A stretch of DNA of 64,000 nt from a virus: positions 40,878 through 104,877 of IMG/VR virus record IMGVR_UViG_3300021963_000055; one strand, written 5' to 3'. The number at the start of each line of letters is the position of its first letter. Position 1 is the stretch's first letter. Below, one piece after another: positions 1 to 10,587 of the stretch. The position numbers and the translations under genes were made by a program. Under the pieces are notes generated by a model. It saw only the letters and a program-made list of their open reading frames with translations, had not been told where the DNA came from and made no database searches.

Positions 1-302
1 ATATCTTTACCTGAATATGGATGGCCAAGTTTCCTTACCCAATTATGAATGGCAAGGTAATTTTTCATGCCCTCATCCACAATAAATTCAAGATTTAAAT
101 CTTCAAAATTAATTTCATCTCCAGGATGTGGAATTGCATTCCATCGTGTAGATTGAGTAGCTACAGATAAAGATACTCCAGGAATATTTGCTGACTGACA
201 AAAGAATGATACATTAGGATATTTAATTAATTGAAATTGAAATCCAATTCCTGTTAAAAAATTAGCTGGGCAAGAAGAATTTGTTACAAAATTAGCAGCC
301 AT
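1..302 (-). CDS. gp3: Tail completion / tail-tube terminator protein (gp3-like), partial, runs off the window
   Basis: Manual translation MAANFVTNSSCPANFLTGIGFQFQLIKYPNVSFFCQSANIPGVSL...IPHPGDEINFEDLNLEFIVDEGMKNY. Located directly after gp23, as in cyanomyoviruses. CTAAATA late promoter at 316-322. Confidence 0.8.
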   Translation of the reverse strand, partial: MAANFVTNSSCPANFLTGIGFQFQLIKYPNVSFFCQSANIPGVSLSVATQSTRWNAIPHPGDEINFEDLNLEFIVDEGMKNYLAIHNWVRKLGHPYSGKD

Positions 303-324
303 GATGTTTTATTTTTATTTAGAT

Positions 325-349
325 AAAAAAAGAGCCCCAAAAGGGGCTC
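325..349 (-). terminator. Rho-independent terminator after the major capsid gene
   Basis: Minus strand GAGCCCC-TTTT-GGGGCTC followed by T7. Confidence 0.9.
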
Positions 350-370
350 CTGAAGTATATAAACCAGCGA

Positions 371-1756
371 TCACATTAGGTTGATCACACGGGTTCTTCT
401 GTAGTAAACGTTGTCGTTTGCTTGGAGAGCACCAGAACGCTGGGTAAGACCACCTGCAAATGGGTTTGCAACCATGCCGTAACGGGTCTTGAAGCCAATC
501 TTAGGCTGGAAGGTGTCCTGACCGATAGAACGAACCATCTGGAGAGGGACATATGGGCAATAGAAGAGACCTGCATCGTATGCATTGCTTCCCTTATAAC
601 CCATTACATAGTAATGATCGTTAGAGATGTTTGCGGAATATGGATCAACATAAACCTTGATACGACCGTTGATAGTACCAGCAAGAGTAGAAACGGTGTC
701 ATCTGGGGTGTCACTGGTGTTGAGTAGTGGGGTGTAATCCATTACTTTAGCAGCAGCTAGAGCACTTGCAACGTCTGCGGAACAAACGATGAAGTTACCC
801 TTTCCTCTACGAGTCTCATGACCGATTGCGTTTGCATCACGCTCGATCTGGAATAGTAGACCCTTGAACTTCTCAACTGACCAACGACCGTTGGAGTCAA
901 CGTCGAGGTCGAAAGTACCAGCGTTAGCTACGTTGTTCTGAGCACCAGGCTTTGCAGTTACGTAGATGGTACGTACAACTTCACGGTTGATTTCAGTTAA
1001 AATCTCTGAGCTTAGGATGTTAGCAAGCTCAGTCTCGGCATCAAGACCATGAATAGCCTTGAGGTCTTGTGCGAGTTCTAGGGTGTACTCAGCTTTTAGA
1101 GCACGGCTCTTTGCTGTTACAGTTACCTTCTCAATGCTGAAGCTCATTTCACGGAACTCGGAACCAGCTTCACCTAGAGCTTCTGCAGCGTTGGTATTCA
1201 TACCACCAACTGCAGCGTAGTTGCCAGAAGCGTTAAGTACACCAGGGTTGGTTGCAGTCTCACCAGTTGCTGCAGAGTATGCACCACCAGCAGCAGAGTA
1301 ACCAGAAGGAACTTCGTTGAAGAAGGTCTCGTTATCGAATACGTTTGGAGTAGCACCGTTACCGTTACGGTCAGTACCACGATGAGCACGCATTGCGAAG
1401 ATGAGTCCAGTAGGACCGCTCATTGGCTGAACACCGCAAATGTCATAAGCAATTAGCTTAGGCATGGAACGGCGGATTAGGCTGATTAGAACTGGATCGA
1501 AACCAGCAACTGGACCGCCAGCAGCAGCGCCGCCAGAGAAACCATGTGCTCCTGCACCTGCACCACCTGCAGTGAAGGAACCAGTGCTGTTAGCAGCTAC
1601 TTCGGAAAGAACGCCACGCTCTTCACGAAGGAAAGACTCTTGGTTCTCAAGGAGAACTGCAGTTACTGCCTTACGATATCTGTCTGTAATTGGGTTTAGA
1701 TCGTTATGCTCCAGAATAGGAGCCCATTTTCTTTGTAGCTGTTCTGAATTAAACAT
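371..1756 (-). CDS. gp23: Major capsid protein
   Basis: T4 gp23 motifs GVQPMSGPTGLIFAMR, KSRALKAEYTLELAQDLKAIHGLDAETEL, FQPKIGFKTRYG. Confidence 0.98.
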   Translation of the reverse strand: MFNSEQLQRKWAPILEHNDLNPITDRYRKAVTAVLLENQESFLREERGVLSEVAANSTGSFTAGGAGAGAHGFSGGAAAGGPVAGFDPVLISLIRRSMPKLIAYDICGVQPMSGPTGLIFAMRAHRGTDRNGNGATPNVFDNETFFNEVPSGYSAAGGAYSAATGETATNPGVLNASGNYAAVGGMNTNAAEALGEAGSEFREMSFSIEKVTVTAKSRALKAEYTLELAQDLKAIHGLDAETELANILSSEILTEINREVVRTIYVTAKPGAQNNVANAGTFDLDVDSNGRWSVEKFKGLLFQIERDANAIGHETRRGKGNFIVCSADVASALAAAKVMDYTPLLNTSDTPDDTVSTLAGTINGRIKVYVDPYSANISNDHYYVMGYKGSNAYDAGLFYCPYVPLQMVRSIGQDTFQPKIGFKTRYGMVANPFAGGLTQRSGALQANDNVYYRRTRVINLM

Positions 1757-1804
1757 TGGGGGTTAACTCCTTGGTTGTTAAATTTATTGTTAGGAATCTA
1801 TTAA

Positions 1805-1812
1805 TATTTATA
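1805..1812 (-). promoter_or_regulatory. T4-type late promoter for gp23
   Basis: Exact TATAAATA about 50 nt upstream of the gp23 ATG. Confidence 0.85.
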
Positions 1813-1825
1813 AAAATCTAGACTA

Positions 1826-2974
1826 TCACTGAGCCCATCTGGAAACAGCATTTACATATGCTGCCATTGGTCCCTCATAGAAGTCTTGATTCTTTTCAAC
1901 GAGGTCTTCCACATAATTAGACTGAACTCTTGGGAAATAATTTTCCTTAATAGTTTCAATCTTGTCACGGAAAGATTCTTCACTAATAAACTCAACACCT
2001 TCTGCAAGGTTGAACATCTTTTCCTTTTGTGTTTCTGCTAGACCTTCGGATACTTCTGCAATAATTCCATGTTTAATATAGGATCCGATTTCTTGGTTTA
2101 GTTCAACATTAACTTCAATCTGTTCGTTGAGTTTTTCCTCCATCTCATCTAGTTTAGCTGCCATTTCGGCAACTACATCTTGTTGCTCTTCTGGAAGATC
2201 AATGTTGTTCTCCATGAAGAGGTTTGCAAGACCTTGCATTAGATTTTCAGCAATTTCGGTCTTGATGCCGTTGTCAATAGAAAGCTGGTTCTCAGCAATC
2301 CACTGTTCAGCAACATAATCAAGGTGAGCGTCTACACGAGTCTCTAGGGACTCAGCAATCTCTTCAATTTCCTCGATTAGACGCTGTTCGTATAGTGCCT
2401 CAAACTTTTGAACTTCTTCAACAACTTTAGCCTTTACTGCTGCTTCAAAAATAGTTGCAGCCTTTTGCATAAAGTGCTCGGAGAGTTCTTCTCCGTAGAA
2501 GAGTGCATTGAGATCGTCGGTAATATCGACTTCAATCTCTTCTGCCTTCATTTCTGTTTTTTCTTTCTTGGAAGACTTTTTCTTGCCTTCCTTTTCATCT
2601 TCTTCATCCTCATCTTCATCTTCATCCTTTTCGTACTCACCTTCAGCAAGTAGTTCATCATCCTCTAGTTCCTCTTCTTCTCTCATTCCTTTTTGGCCTG
2701 GAGCGGAACCTTGGAGATGTGGCATTGTATCTGGAGACTTAGCTCCAGCATTTACTTTAGAAGATGACTTCTTTACTCTGGAAGAAGCTTTTTTGCCAAT
2801 TTCATCACCTTCTGGCTTAGTTGTGGAAGAACCACCTAACTCTTCTGGTGATGCACCCTGTCCAGGAGTGCTGTGCTGTAATTTTTGCATACGGTCTCCT
2901 GGTTTAGCGTGAGCAGTGACAACGTTTCCTTCTTCTAGAAATTCGTCAAATTCTGTATTTAATACATTGGACAT
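1826..2974 (-). CDS. gp22: Prohead core scaffold protein
   Basis: Acidic coiled-coil protein with KAATIFEAAV and HLDYVAEQW motifs; lies between gp21 and gp23. Confidence 0.93.
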   Translation of the reverse strand: MSNVLNTEFDEFLEEGNVVTAHAKPGDRMQKLQHSTPGQGASPEELGGSSTTKPEGDEIGKKASSRVKKSSSKVNAGAKSPDTMPHLQGSAPGQKGMREEEELEDDELLAEGEYEKDEDEDEDEEDEKEGKKKSSKKEKTEMKAEEIEVDITDDLNALFYGEELSEHFMQKAATIFEAAVKAKVVEEVQKFEALYEQRLIEEIEEIAESLETRVDAHLDYVAEQWIAENQLSIDNGIKTEIAENLMQGLANLFMENNIDLPEEQQDVVAEMAAKLDEMEEKLNEQIEVNVELNQEIGSYIKHGIIAEVSEGLAETQKEKMFNLAEGVEFISEESFRDKIETIKENYFPRVQSNYVEDLVEKNQDFYEGPMAAYVNAVSRWAQ

Positions 2975-3012
2975 CGAAAAAACCCTCTAGAATATGTGAT
3001 ATTTTCTACTAT

Positions 3013-3019
3013 TATTTAT
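3013..3019 (-). promoter_or_regulatory. Late promoter for gp22
   Basis: ATAAATA overlapping the gp21 stop codon. Confidence 0.7.
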
Positions 3020-3669
3020 GAAATTTTGATATTACGGAGAAAACTTTCAAAAACTTGTAGTTTTCTTTCAGTTAAACTATTAGAAGATGCGTTATTAATT
3101 GCTCGTCTGTAACTATTAATTACCTTTTCTTCTAACATACCATTGTTCCAAATCCACTCTTTGCCTTCCATAATGCCTTGTACAAAAGCATCTGGAGCAG
3201 AAGGATCCGCAACAATGTCTGCAGCAGTAGATAACATAAAGTCATCTTTCACTACATTTACTCCATTCCTTTCCTCAATAGATCCAATACCTCTTGAGGA
3301 AACTCCGAGTGTAACTCCAGACTCAAGGAGAGACTTAGCGATTTTACCCATAGGAGTTTCTAGAATTTGAGCTTTCCCAATGAAGTTTGTTCCTTCTGCA
3401 CGGAGAGAAACAATCTTATGGGATACTCGATCTAGATTGATTGTTGGGCTATCTGGATGTCCCAGTTCACCTAGAGCACGACCCTTGGCAACGTAGTTCT
3501 CATTGTATGAGCCTACCTCTCTATTGAGAGTTTCCATGGGATACATTCGACCATTGCGGTTCTTTAGTTCCGCTTGAAGAAATACTCCTTCAATATATAG
3601 GTTCTTTTTACCACCTCTTTCTTCGGTGATAACTTTAATGTTTTCTATAGTTTCTGTGATTAGTTTCAT
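3016..3669 (-). CDS. gp21: Prohead protease
   Basis: Motifs KNRNGRMYP, ALGELGHP, GVSSRGIGS, DIVADPSAPDAFV. Confidence 0.97.
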   Translation of the reverse strand: MKLITETIENIKVITEERGGKKNLYIEGVFLQAELKNRNGRMYPMETLNREVGSYNENYVAKGRALGELGHPDSPTINLDRVSHKIVSLRAEGTNFIGKAQILETPMGKIAKSLLESGVTLGVSSRGIGSIEERNGVNVVKDDFMLSTAADIVADPSAPDAFVQGIMEGKEWIWNNGMLEEKVINSYRRAINNASSNSLTERKLQVFESFLRNIKIS

Positions 3670-3914
3670 TGTTCGTACTCTTCTTCTGGTACTTCGTCCC
3701 CATCATCTTCATATTCAACTACAGATTCACTACCGTCATAATAATCATCATCTTCTTCATAATTATTAGATGCAAACATATTTTGTGCAATTTCAATTTT
3801 TCTCATCCCAATCTTTTCGGAAGTTTTTCCAAAAAGTGAATCATAGATTTTTTCATTTGCATTTACATTATTTCTAGCAATAATGCTATCAACAATTTCC
3901 TGTGCCAAAGACAT
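3666..3914 (-). CDS. Small acidic prohead core protein (gp67/gp68-like position)
   Basis: 82 aa with an acidic tail, between portal and protease; ATAAATA at 3949-3955. Confidence 0.6.
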   Translation of the reverse strand: MSLAQEIVDSIIARNNVNANEKIYDSLFGKTSEKIGMRKIEIAQNMFASNNYEEDDDYYDGSESVVEYEDDGDEVPEEEYEQ

Positions 3915-3954
3915 AAAAACTCCAATAATGTATAAAAATTACAATAACTATTTA

Positions 3955-5625
3955 TTAAAATTTAGCTCTTCCATAATCGGAAGGAGAGATGTAATTTTTA
4001 AATTGTGCATCTACTCCACCTCCTGCGGGACCTGCTTCACCTGATGCTGATTGATCAGTTGGAATTTGTTGGTCTTGACCTGGAGGTAATGCATCTCCAC
4101 CCATTCCCTGATCCATCATCAGTGCGTTAGGATCTTGAATAATTCCAAGTTCCTTTTCTTTATCAATTTGCATATCAATTTCTTCAATCTCATCATCAGT
4201 TTGCTTGAGAATTTGTCTGCGAACATATTCAACAGAGAAATACTTACCGAGATATGGTTCTACCTGATTAACAATGGCTAGTCTATCATTTAAAATTTCT
4301 GAATTTTTTAACTCAGTGAAATGATTGTCAAAGATATAATCATACTGAATAAATTCCTTCATTTCTTCCCAATCATCTGCAGTGATGATTCCTTTGAGAA
4401 GAAGTTGAGTTCTGAGAAGATCATGAAATAGATCACTAAAACGCTTACGAAGTCTTCCGACAAATTTAGCAAACTTAAGTTCATCACGAGTGATTTCGTT
4501 AGTTCTACCGATGGTAAATGAACTTTCTTGCTCTAGTCTTGAAAGAGGAATATTTAGTGACTTATAAAGTTTCTTTTGGAAATACTTGACATCCTCAAGT
4601 TCTCCAAGATTTTGTCCCCCAGGAAGAGTTGTGATTTCTGTACCACGGCCACCTTCTCTTCTTGGTAGCCAAAAATCTTCAAGCATACTTAGATGCTTAC
4701 GATCATCACGAATTTCTCCAGTTGCAGAGTCATAAACTAGCTTGTTTCTGTATCTACCCATGACTTCTCTGAGGTACTGTTCTGCCTTAACTTTAGGTAG
4801 ATTACCCACGTCAATATAAAAGATTCTACGTTCTGGAGCACGAGATAATCTGTAAATTACTAGAGAGTCTTCGATCATTCTAAGTTGATTTACAGACTTA
4901 ATAGCCTTATAAAGATAACTTAGAACCATATTTCTATTATGATCATATAAACCAGATGGAACATAGGTTATAGCATCATTAGAAATTTTGATACCGTTTG
5001 CATCAGAACCTTTGTATCCTCTTGGGAAATAAATGTAGTATTCAATAAACTCACCATAGTCATACTTCTGACCTTCCATGGTGGTTAGTGAATCTACATT
5101 TTTCTGTCTTTTAATTTCTCTAACTCTTTTTATTTTAAGTGAGTCAATATATCTTAATTCTTTAATTCCTTCTTTTGGTTTATCGAAGTCAATAATTTTA
5201 TGGTAATATAGTCTTCCATCAATATACCAGCGACGGAAGATGTTATGACATTTTTTATCAAAATTTAAAAGTCTTAGAAGATTTCCAAACTCTTCTTTGA
5301 TTGATTTTTTAATTTTATCACTCGCTTGAAGATTTGAAAGTTCTACTGATACTGGAGCAAAATCTAAATCACTACTGATAGCTTCATTAATAATATCATC
5401 AATAGCGCCATCAATTTCTGGATGTAGAGCAATTTCTCTATATTTTCTAACCAGCTCAAATTCGTTATTATGTTGACCAACACCATCTAAATCTAGGTAC
5501 TGACCAAAATAGGCACCTGCAGCAACTACTGAGGTGCCATCATCATCATTAGGTGGCGCTGGTGAAAACGCTTTTGCTGGTTTCTTCTTTCTATCCTCAA
5601 TTGAGAAACCAAATAACTGGGTCAT
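3955..5625 (-). CDS. gp20: Portal vertex protein
   Basis: Motifs RAPERRIFYIDVGNLPK and MLEDFWLPRREGGRGTEITTLPGGQNLG; CTAAATA at 5649-5655. Confidence 0.98.
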   Translation of the reverse strand: MTQLFGFSIEDRKKKPAKAFSPAPPNDDDGTSVVAAGAYFGQYLDLDGVGQHNNEFELVRKYREIALHPEIDGAIDDIINEAISSDLDFAPVSVELSNLQASDKIKKSIKEEFGNLLRLLNFDKKCHNIFRRWYIDGRLYYHKIIDFDKPKEGIKELRYIDSLKIKRVREIKRQKNVDSLTTMEGQKYDYGEFIEYYIYFPRGYKGSDANGIKISNDAITYVPSGLYDHNRNMVLSYLYKAIKSVNQLRMIEDSLVIYRLSRAPERRIFYIDVGNLPKVKAEQYLREVMGRYRNKLVYDSATGEIRDDRKHLSMLEDFWLPRREGGRGTEITTLPGGQNLGELEDVKYFQKKLYKSLNIPLSRLEQESSFTIGRTNEITRDELKFAKFVGRLRKRFSDLFHDLLRTQLLLKGIITADDWEEMKEFIQYDYIFDNHFTELKNSEILNDRLAIVNQVEPYLGKYFSVEYVRRQILKQTDDEIEEIDMQIDKEKELGIIQDPNALMMDQGMGGDALPPGQDQQIPTDQSASGEAGPAGGGVDAQFKNYISPSDYGRAKF

Positions 5626-5657
5626 AATAATCCTATAACTCTTTTATGTATTTAGTA

Positions 5658-6293
5658 TCAAGATAAAGACTTGGATGTAGCTTCAAAGAAATTATACTGG
5701 AACTCTACAGTGAATTCCTCGATTTGATCATTTGCTTCAAAAGAAAGATCAATTGAAGAAATTGCTGAAGGCCATGCATCATAAAATTTATATGCACGAA
5801 TAACTTCTAGTTCAGCACCTTCTCCATTATTTGGATTAGCTGGAGTCTTGCTAGGGTTTTGATTATCTCTACTGAGCTGAAATACAGTCATATCTGCACA
5901 ATATGACTTACCTCCATCACTTCCGTACCCTAATTGAGACGCATTTTCAGTGAGGGCATTGATACCTCTTGACCATGCTTCAAATGCTTGTCTAATTTCA
6001 AAGCTACCATCATTAATAATTGTCACAGACCATGGTTCAAAAGTTCTGTCTCCAGCAACTTTTAACATTCTTCCACGGAAGGGAACTTCAATTGTTCCAA
6101 TATTTGAAGAGGGAATCTGAGCAGTTTTTACTAAAAATTCTGCTTGCTTTTGAAGATTTTGTGCAGTTTGCACATTTCCAATATCAACAATTTGAGAAAT
6201 AGATGTTGGAAATGTTAACCTAACTAGAAATAGATTAGGTCTTGCACCACCCTTTTTTAATTGTGATTTAAATTCTGTAATACTCTTAGCCAT
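5658..6293 (-). CDS. gp19: Tail tube protein
   Basis: Motifs GGARPNLF, FRGRMLKVAGDRTFEPW, IEEFTVEFQY. Confidence 0.96.
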   Translation of the reverse strand: MAKSITEFKSQLKKGGARPNLFLVRLTFPTSISQIVDIGNVQTAQNLQKQAEFLVKTAQIPSSNIGTIEVPFRGRMLKVAGDRTFEPWSVTIINDGSFEIRQAFEAWSRGINALTENASQLGYGSDGGKSYCADMTVFQLSRDNQNPSKTPANPNNGEGAELEVIRAYKFYDAWPSAISSIDLSFEANDQIEEFTVEFQYNFFEATSKSLS

Positions 6294-6327
6294 TGTTTTC
6301 TCCTAGATGGTTTACAAAATAGAATAA

Positions 6328-8613
6328 TTACTGAGTTAGTTCGCTAAATGAAACGCCAGTTCTCGTGGCTATAAAAGTGATGGTGATGTAATTAATACTT
6401 CTAGCAGGTTTAATGTAAATCTCAGCATTAAATTCATTTCTATCAATTACATCTGCACTATTATTGGTTTCATCACATATTACAAGGAAATCGTAAATTC
6501 CTCTTCTTCCTTGTACTCCTCTAAGATAAGGCTCAACAGCAGCTTTGAAAGAACTTCTAGTTATTTCATCATTAATTTCAAATAATTGGAATTTGGAGAA
6601 TGTAGCAACATTCTTTTCAAGTTCAATGAAGAGTCTGCGAACATTAATTCTGCTAAAAGCACTAGGGGAAGATAACGCAGTTTTATCACCAAATAAAACA
6701 ATTCCTTGCCCTGGGAAAGAAACAATAGGATTAATTCTATTTGTATAAAGTCTATCTCTTTCACTTTGTTTTGGTGAGTATGCAAGTTTAGTTGCATTTT
6801 TTAAGTTTCCTCTATTGTAACCTGCTGGAGAGAACCAAGTTTCAGAATTAATAGTGGTACTAATGCAAAGACCCGCAACATCAGCAGCACAAGGGACATA
6901 ACGATAGGTATCATTAAATTTATCATAAATGTATTTGTATCCAGAATCAAAAATTGCAAATGAACTACTTGCTAGACCACTGAAAAAATCAATTATAGCT
7001 TCAGTTTTTATTGAACTAGCTGAACTATTAATAACGTCACTTCTTCTTGGAGAAATTACTGCCATGCAATCTTTTCTTGAAGATGCAATATCAATAAGTT
7101 TGGAAGCTCTCTCTACGCTAATTTTTCCAGGAATTAAAAAGTCGATATCATTAAATCCTTCAGAATCTCTTAAAAGTTCATACGCATTGGTGGTTGCAGA
7201 TTCAATATCTGCAAGATCAGTAGTAAATTCATAATCTTTACCGCCACTTAAGCTAAATCCAAGTGTAGGTGAATAGTTGATAGATGAAATTAATGAATAT
7301 AATTTATTTGCACTATTTGTTTCTCCAATAGATGCAGTTGAATTTGCAGGACCTTCTAAGTTAATTTTTGAATTGCCAATAAAATCTAAACCAGCTCCAA
7401 ATCCTGGGAAAATATATTTGGATTTCTCTGCAATTGCTGAGTGAAAATAAACAAGAGAACCATCTAATGTACTTGCATCTTTTGCTTTAGAAACAAATAA
7501 ATATTTTTCTAAAATTGTGTTTGGGACGCCAGTAATAACGCCATCTTCATCTAAAACCAAAATGTGCATTTCATCAAATTTACCGCCTTTACTGGCAACT
7601 GAAGATGAAGTTCCTGGTTGTGGTGCTACTTCTCTCCACTTAAGACCAGAAGCATACTCAAGAGAATCATAATATGTATTATCTACTGAAATAATATCTC
7701 CAGCAGCAATTAAGGTTGTTGGGGTATCAGCATTATCAGTGATGCTATAATTATTAAATGCAGAACTTGGAACTCTTTCTGTGCTCTTATTTAAAACAAT
7801 ATAAAATTTATTAGTAGTAGTATCTACTTTATAAACCCATCCAGTTCCTACTTTAGTTGCTCCATTTTTGATTACAATAGCATCTCCTGGTGTGACTGTA
7901 GGATCGACAACAACTCCAGTTACTGTTAGTGTAATATTATTTGCTGGGGCAGCTCCACCGACATCAGAACCTAAAATAGTAATTGTATCATTGACAACAA
8001 AATTTTCTCCACCTGTTATAGTTACAGTATAAACATTTCCTGCAGATACTTCAACATTTAAAATTGCTCCTGTTCCAGATCCATTGGTAGTATATGCAAC
8101 ATTTGGATATGAAGCAGCACCACCAGTTGCAGTTCCAGTAGTTGTAAATGTAGTAATTTTTCCAGTTGTTGCAGCGTAATTAATTATTTGATCTGCACCG
8201 TGATCAACTGCAACCACTCTGAGTGAATTTAATTTTTCCCCTGCAGTTCTACCTGCAAACTTAAATGCTGTACCATTATAGTTATCAAAATCAAATTTAC
8301 TCTTAATAGTAAAATTTGATAATCCAGTATCAGAAGATGAATTTAAAGTGATATTTGAACCACTTGGTCTAATTACTGCAGCAATTCCGCCATATTCGAT
8401 AATAGTTGATGCGGCAAACCAAGATTCATAATTATAATCATTTGGTCTGCCAAATGTATCTACTAATTCTCTTTCGCTAGAAATAAAAGTTACTGTATCT
8501 ACAGGACCAGTTTCTGCAGCGATTACGACTGCACCAACGTTCTGATCAGATACATTAACTATTGGAGTTAAATCAATTTCTTTAATGGATACTCCAGGTG
8601 AAGCAAACGCCAT
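6328..8613 (-). CDS. gp18: Tail sheath protein
   Basis: Motifs SPGVSIKEIDLT, WFSPAGYNRG, RINVRRLF, IKPARSINYI; tandem ATAAATA at 8648-8658. Confidence 0.97.
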   Translation of the reverse strand: MAFASPGVSIKEIDLTPIVNVSDQNVGAVVIAAETGPVDTVTFISSERELVDTFGRPNDYNYESWFAASTIIEYGGIAAVIRPSGSNITLNSSSDTGLSNFTIKSKFDFDNYNGTAFKFAGRTAGEKLNSLRVVAVDHGADQIINYAATTGKITTFTTTGTATGGAASYPNVAYTTNGSGTGAILNVEVSAGNVYTVTITGGENFVVNDTITILGSDVGGAAPANNITLTVTGVVVDPTVTPGDAIVIKNGATKVGTGWVYKVDTTTNKFYIVLNKSTERVPSSAFNNYSITDNADTPTTLIAAGDIISVDNTYYDSLEYASGLKWREVAPQPGTSSSVASKGGKFDEMHILVLDEDGVITGVPNTILEKYLFVSKAKDASTLDGSLVYFHSAIAEKSKYIFPGFGAGLDFIGNSKINLEGPANSTASIGETNSANKLYSLISSINYSPTLGFSLSGGKDYEFTTDLADIESATTNAYELLRDSEGFNDIDFLIPGKISVERASKLIDIASSRKDCMAVISPRRSDVINSSASSIKTEAIIDFFSGLASSSFAIFDSGYKYIYDKFNDTYRYVPCAADVAGLCISTTINSETWFSPAGYNRGNLKNATKLAYSPKQSERDRLYTNRINPIVSFPGQGIVLFGDKTALSSPSAFSRINVRRLFIELEKNVATFSKFQLFEINDEITRSSFKAAVEPYLRGVQGRRGIYDFLVICDETNNSADVIDRNEFNAEIYIKPARSINYITITFIATRTGVSFSELTQ

Positions 8614-8673
8614 GTTTATTACCTCTATGAGATTTTTTTCTCAAAACTATTTATTTATCTTTATATTTTGAGG

Positions 8674-10350
8674 TTACTTATATTCCCACATGTAAGCCAT
8701 ATCGCCATACTCATCAACATTCCATTTACTATCAGTAGCAGAAGTCCAATAATCTCCTTTTGTATCTATAAAAGTAGTTTCATCATCAGTTAAGCCATCT
8801 AGTATAAAACCAAATGGAGCCATATCCTGTTCAATAGCCTCTCTTTGGTCTTCAAAAATTCTTTTTCTGACATCATTTGAAGTAAGCTCTCTAAAGTAAG
8901 GTTGAGTGGATAGCCAGGAAAAAATCACAAGACACATGGCAAGGTCATCGTTACATCCTTCTTCTGCATTAAAGGTATCACTTTTTTGAATGAACGTAGT
9001 AAGCTCACTAATAATATCGTAATCAGGAATCAATAATTTATCATCTTCAATCAATGCTTTCAGATTAGCACATCCATACTTTTTGACAGCTTTAGTCATC
9101 TTGACTCCTAACTGTGCTTTATTGGAAAACCCAGTGCCAACTAATTGTCCAGCACGACCTTTCATTGCACACATAAGCAAGTTATCATATTCAAGATCAA
9201 ACTGAAGAATATCTGCCACTTGTCCTCCAATATCATTAACTTCAACAAGTACGTTAGCGTTGTTGTAATTTTTACCTACGGTATCAATAATATTAGGGAA
9301 CAATATTGGTTTGATTTCGTTGTTTTTATATTTTGCTACTAATTTATATGGAATAGTAGTTACATCAATCACAGCAAATGCAGAGTAATCATTTCCAACT
9401 CCTCGTGCAACGTCAACAGTCATAACATAGTCATGACCTTCTATTACGTCTTCATATACATCCAATCCACCACTTCTCTTTAGTGGATCTTCATAAACCA
9501 TAGAACGAAGTTTATTTGGATTAATGAGAGTATCAACAGATCCTAGGAAGGTACATTCAAATTCTTGCTCAAACTGTCGTTGAGAAGTGTTTGCAATAGT
9601 TTCTTCTTTCCATTTTTGGTCTCTACCTGGAACATCCCACCAATTAACTTCAAGTGGAGTGTAACTGTTTTTTCCTCGTTCTGCATCATGCCAAAACTTG
9701 TAGAACATGTTCATTCCATTTGGTGTGGAAATGATAATAACTTTAGTTGTCTTACCAGATGAAATGGTTGGATATACAGAGCTAAAGAACTGTTCTGCAA
9801 TATGGTTTGGAATGAATGCAAACTCATCCAAAAAGATGATGTTAAAAGAGTTCCCTCGGACAGCAGATGATGAGGTAGATGCAGCAATAATTTTAGATCC
9901 GTTCTCTAGCTCCAGTGAGCCACGGTTCCAAGAACCCACGCCCTGCTGTAACCATTTGGGTAGATTTTCATAGGATAACTGCAATCTGGATAGAAGTTCC
10001 CTTGAGGTCTCTGCTTTATTTGCAAGAATAGCTATTTTTACGTTTGGGTTGAAAAGTGCATAGTGCAACAGGTAGGAAACCACAGTAGTTGATTTCCCTG
10101 TCTGTCTTGGAAGCTTTGCAATATTGAATCTATGTTTATGAAAATTATCAATTAATCTTTCTTGAAATTCCCACATTTTAAAAGGTACTAGACCTTCATC
10201 AAGAGAAACAATTTTAATATACTTTTTGGCAAAGTAAATTGGGTCTTCTTGACACTTCAAATATTCTTCTAATTGTTCAGAAGTAAATTGTATTTGTACA
10301 TTAGAAGGTTTTAGGTTGGGATTACCCTTATAACTAGATTTATCACTCAT
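8674..10350 (-). CDS. gp17: Terminase large subunit
   Basis: Walker A PRQTGKST, Walker B IIFLDEFAF, nuclease motifs VDVARG and NDDL. Confidence 0.98.
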   Translation of the reverse strand: MSDKSSYKGNPNLKPSNVQIQFTSEQLEEYLKCQEDPIYFAKKYIKIVSLDEGLVPFKMWEFQERLIDNFHKHRFNIAKLPRQTGKSTTVVSYLLHYALFNPNVKIAILANKAETSRELLSRLQLSYENLPKWLQQGVGSWNRGSLELENGSKIIAASTSSSAVRGNSFNIIFLDEFAFIPNHIAEQFFSSVYPTISSGKTTKVIIISTPNGMNMFYKFWHDAERGKNSYTPLEVNWWDVPGRDQKWKEETIANTSQRQFEQEFECTFLGSVDTLINPNKLRSMVYEDPLKRSGGLDVYEDVIEGHDYVMTVDVARGVGNDYSAFAVIDVTTIPYKLVAKYKNNEIKPILFPNIIDTVGKNYNNANVLVEVNDIGGQVADILQFDLEYDNLLMCAMKGRAGQLVGTGFSNKAQLGVKMTKAVKKYGCANLKALIEDDKLLIPDYDIISELTTFIQKSDTFNAEEGCNDDLAMCLVIFSWLSTQPYFRELTSNDVRKRIFEDQREAIEQDMAPFGFILDGLTDDETTFIDTKGDYWTSATDSKWNVDEYGDMAYMWEYK

Positions 10351-10365
10351 AATATTTTATTTAAA

Positions 10366-10581
10366 TTAACAATTCCAGGCTCTTAAAGATTTATTGATTC
10401 TGCTGTTTGGATCGTTGGCTGTTTTTGAACTAGTAAGTTTCTTTTTCATACCACTCATCCTGGCACAAAATGATGCCCTGCGAGGATTGCCTACCTTTTT
10501 TGAAGGTGCCTTGAGATCGCTTCCAGGATTTTCTTTTTCGTATGAGCGGCGTCCTTTTTCATTCAGTCCGCCGCTTGGGGC
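10366..10581 (-). CDS. -1 frame extension of the 11627 gene (71 aa, DUF6321-like); predicted fused product about 420 aa
   Basis: APSGGLNEKGRRSYEKENPGSDLKAPSKKVGNPRRASFCARMSGMKKKLTSSKTANDPNSRINKSLRAWNC-stop. It continues the EGAAWTKKSGK motif and has no start codon at the beginning of the domain. Confidence 0.85.
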   Translation of the reverse strand, partial: APSGGLNEKGRRSYEKENPGSDLKAPSKKVGNPRRASFCARMSGMKKKLTSSKTANDPNSRINKSLRAWNC

Positions 10582-10587
10582 TTTCCC
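10545..10587 (-). promoter_or_regulatory. Candidate programmed -1 ribosomal frameshift signal
   Basis: In-frame G GGA AAG (10587-10581), spacer CCCCA, stem AGCGGCG / CGCCGCT with a 17-nt loop. Confidence 0.75.

Noticed and set aside
2560-2690. Acidic low-complexity tract in gp22
   Set aside because: This is typical of T4-like scaffold proteins.
8674-10350. Intron or intein in the terminase or other core genes
   Set aside because: Lengths and motif order are normal for gp17, gp20 and gp23.
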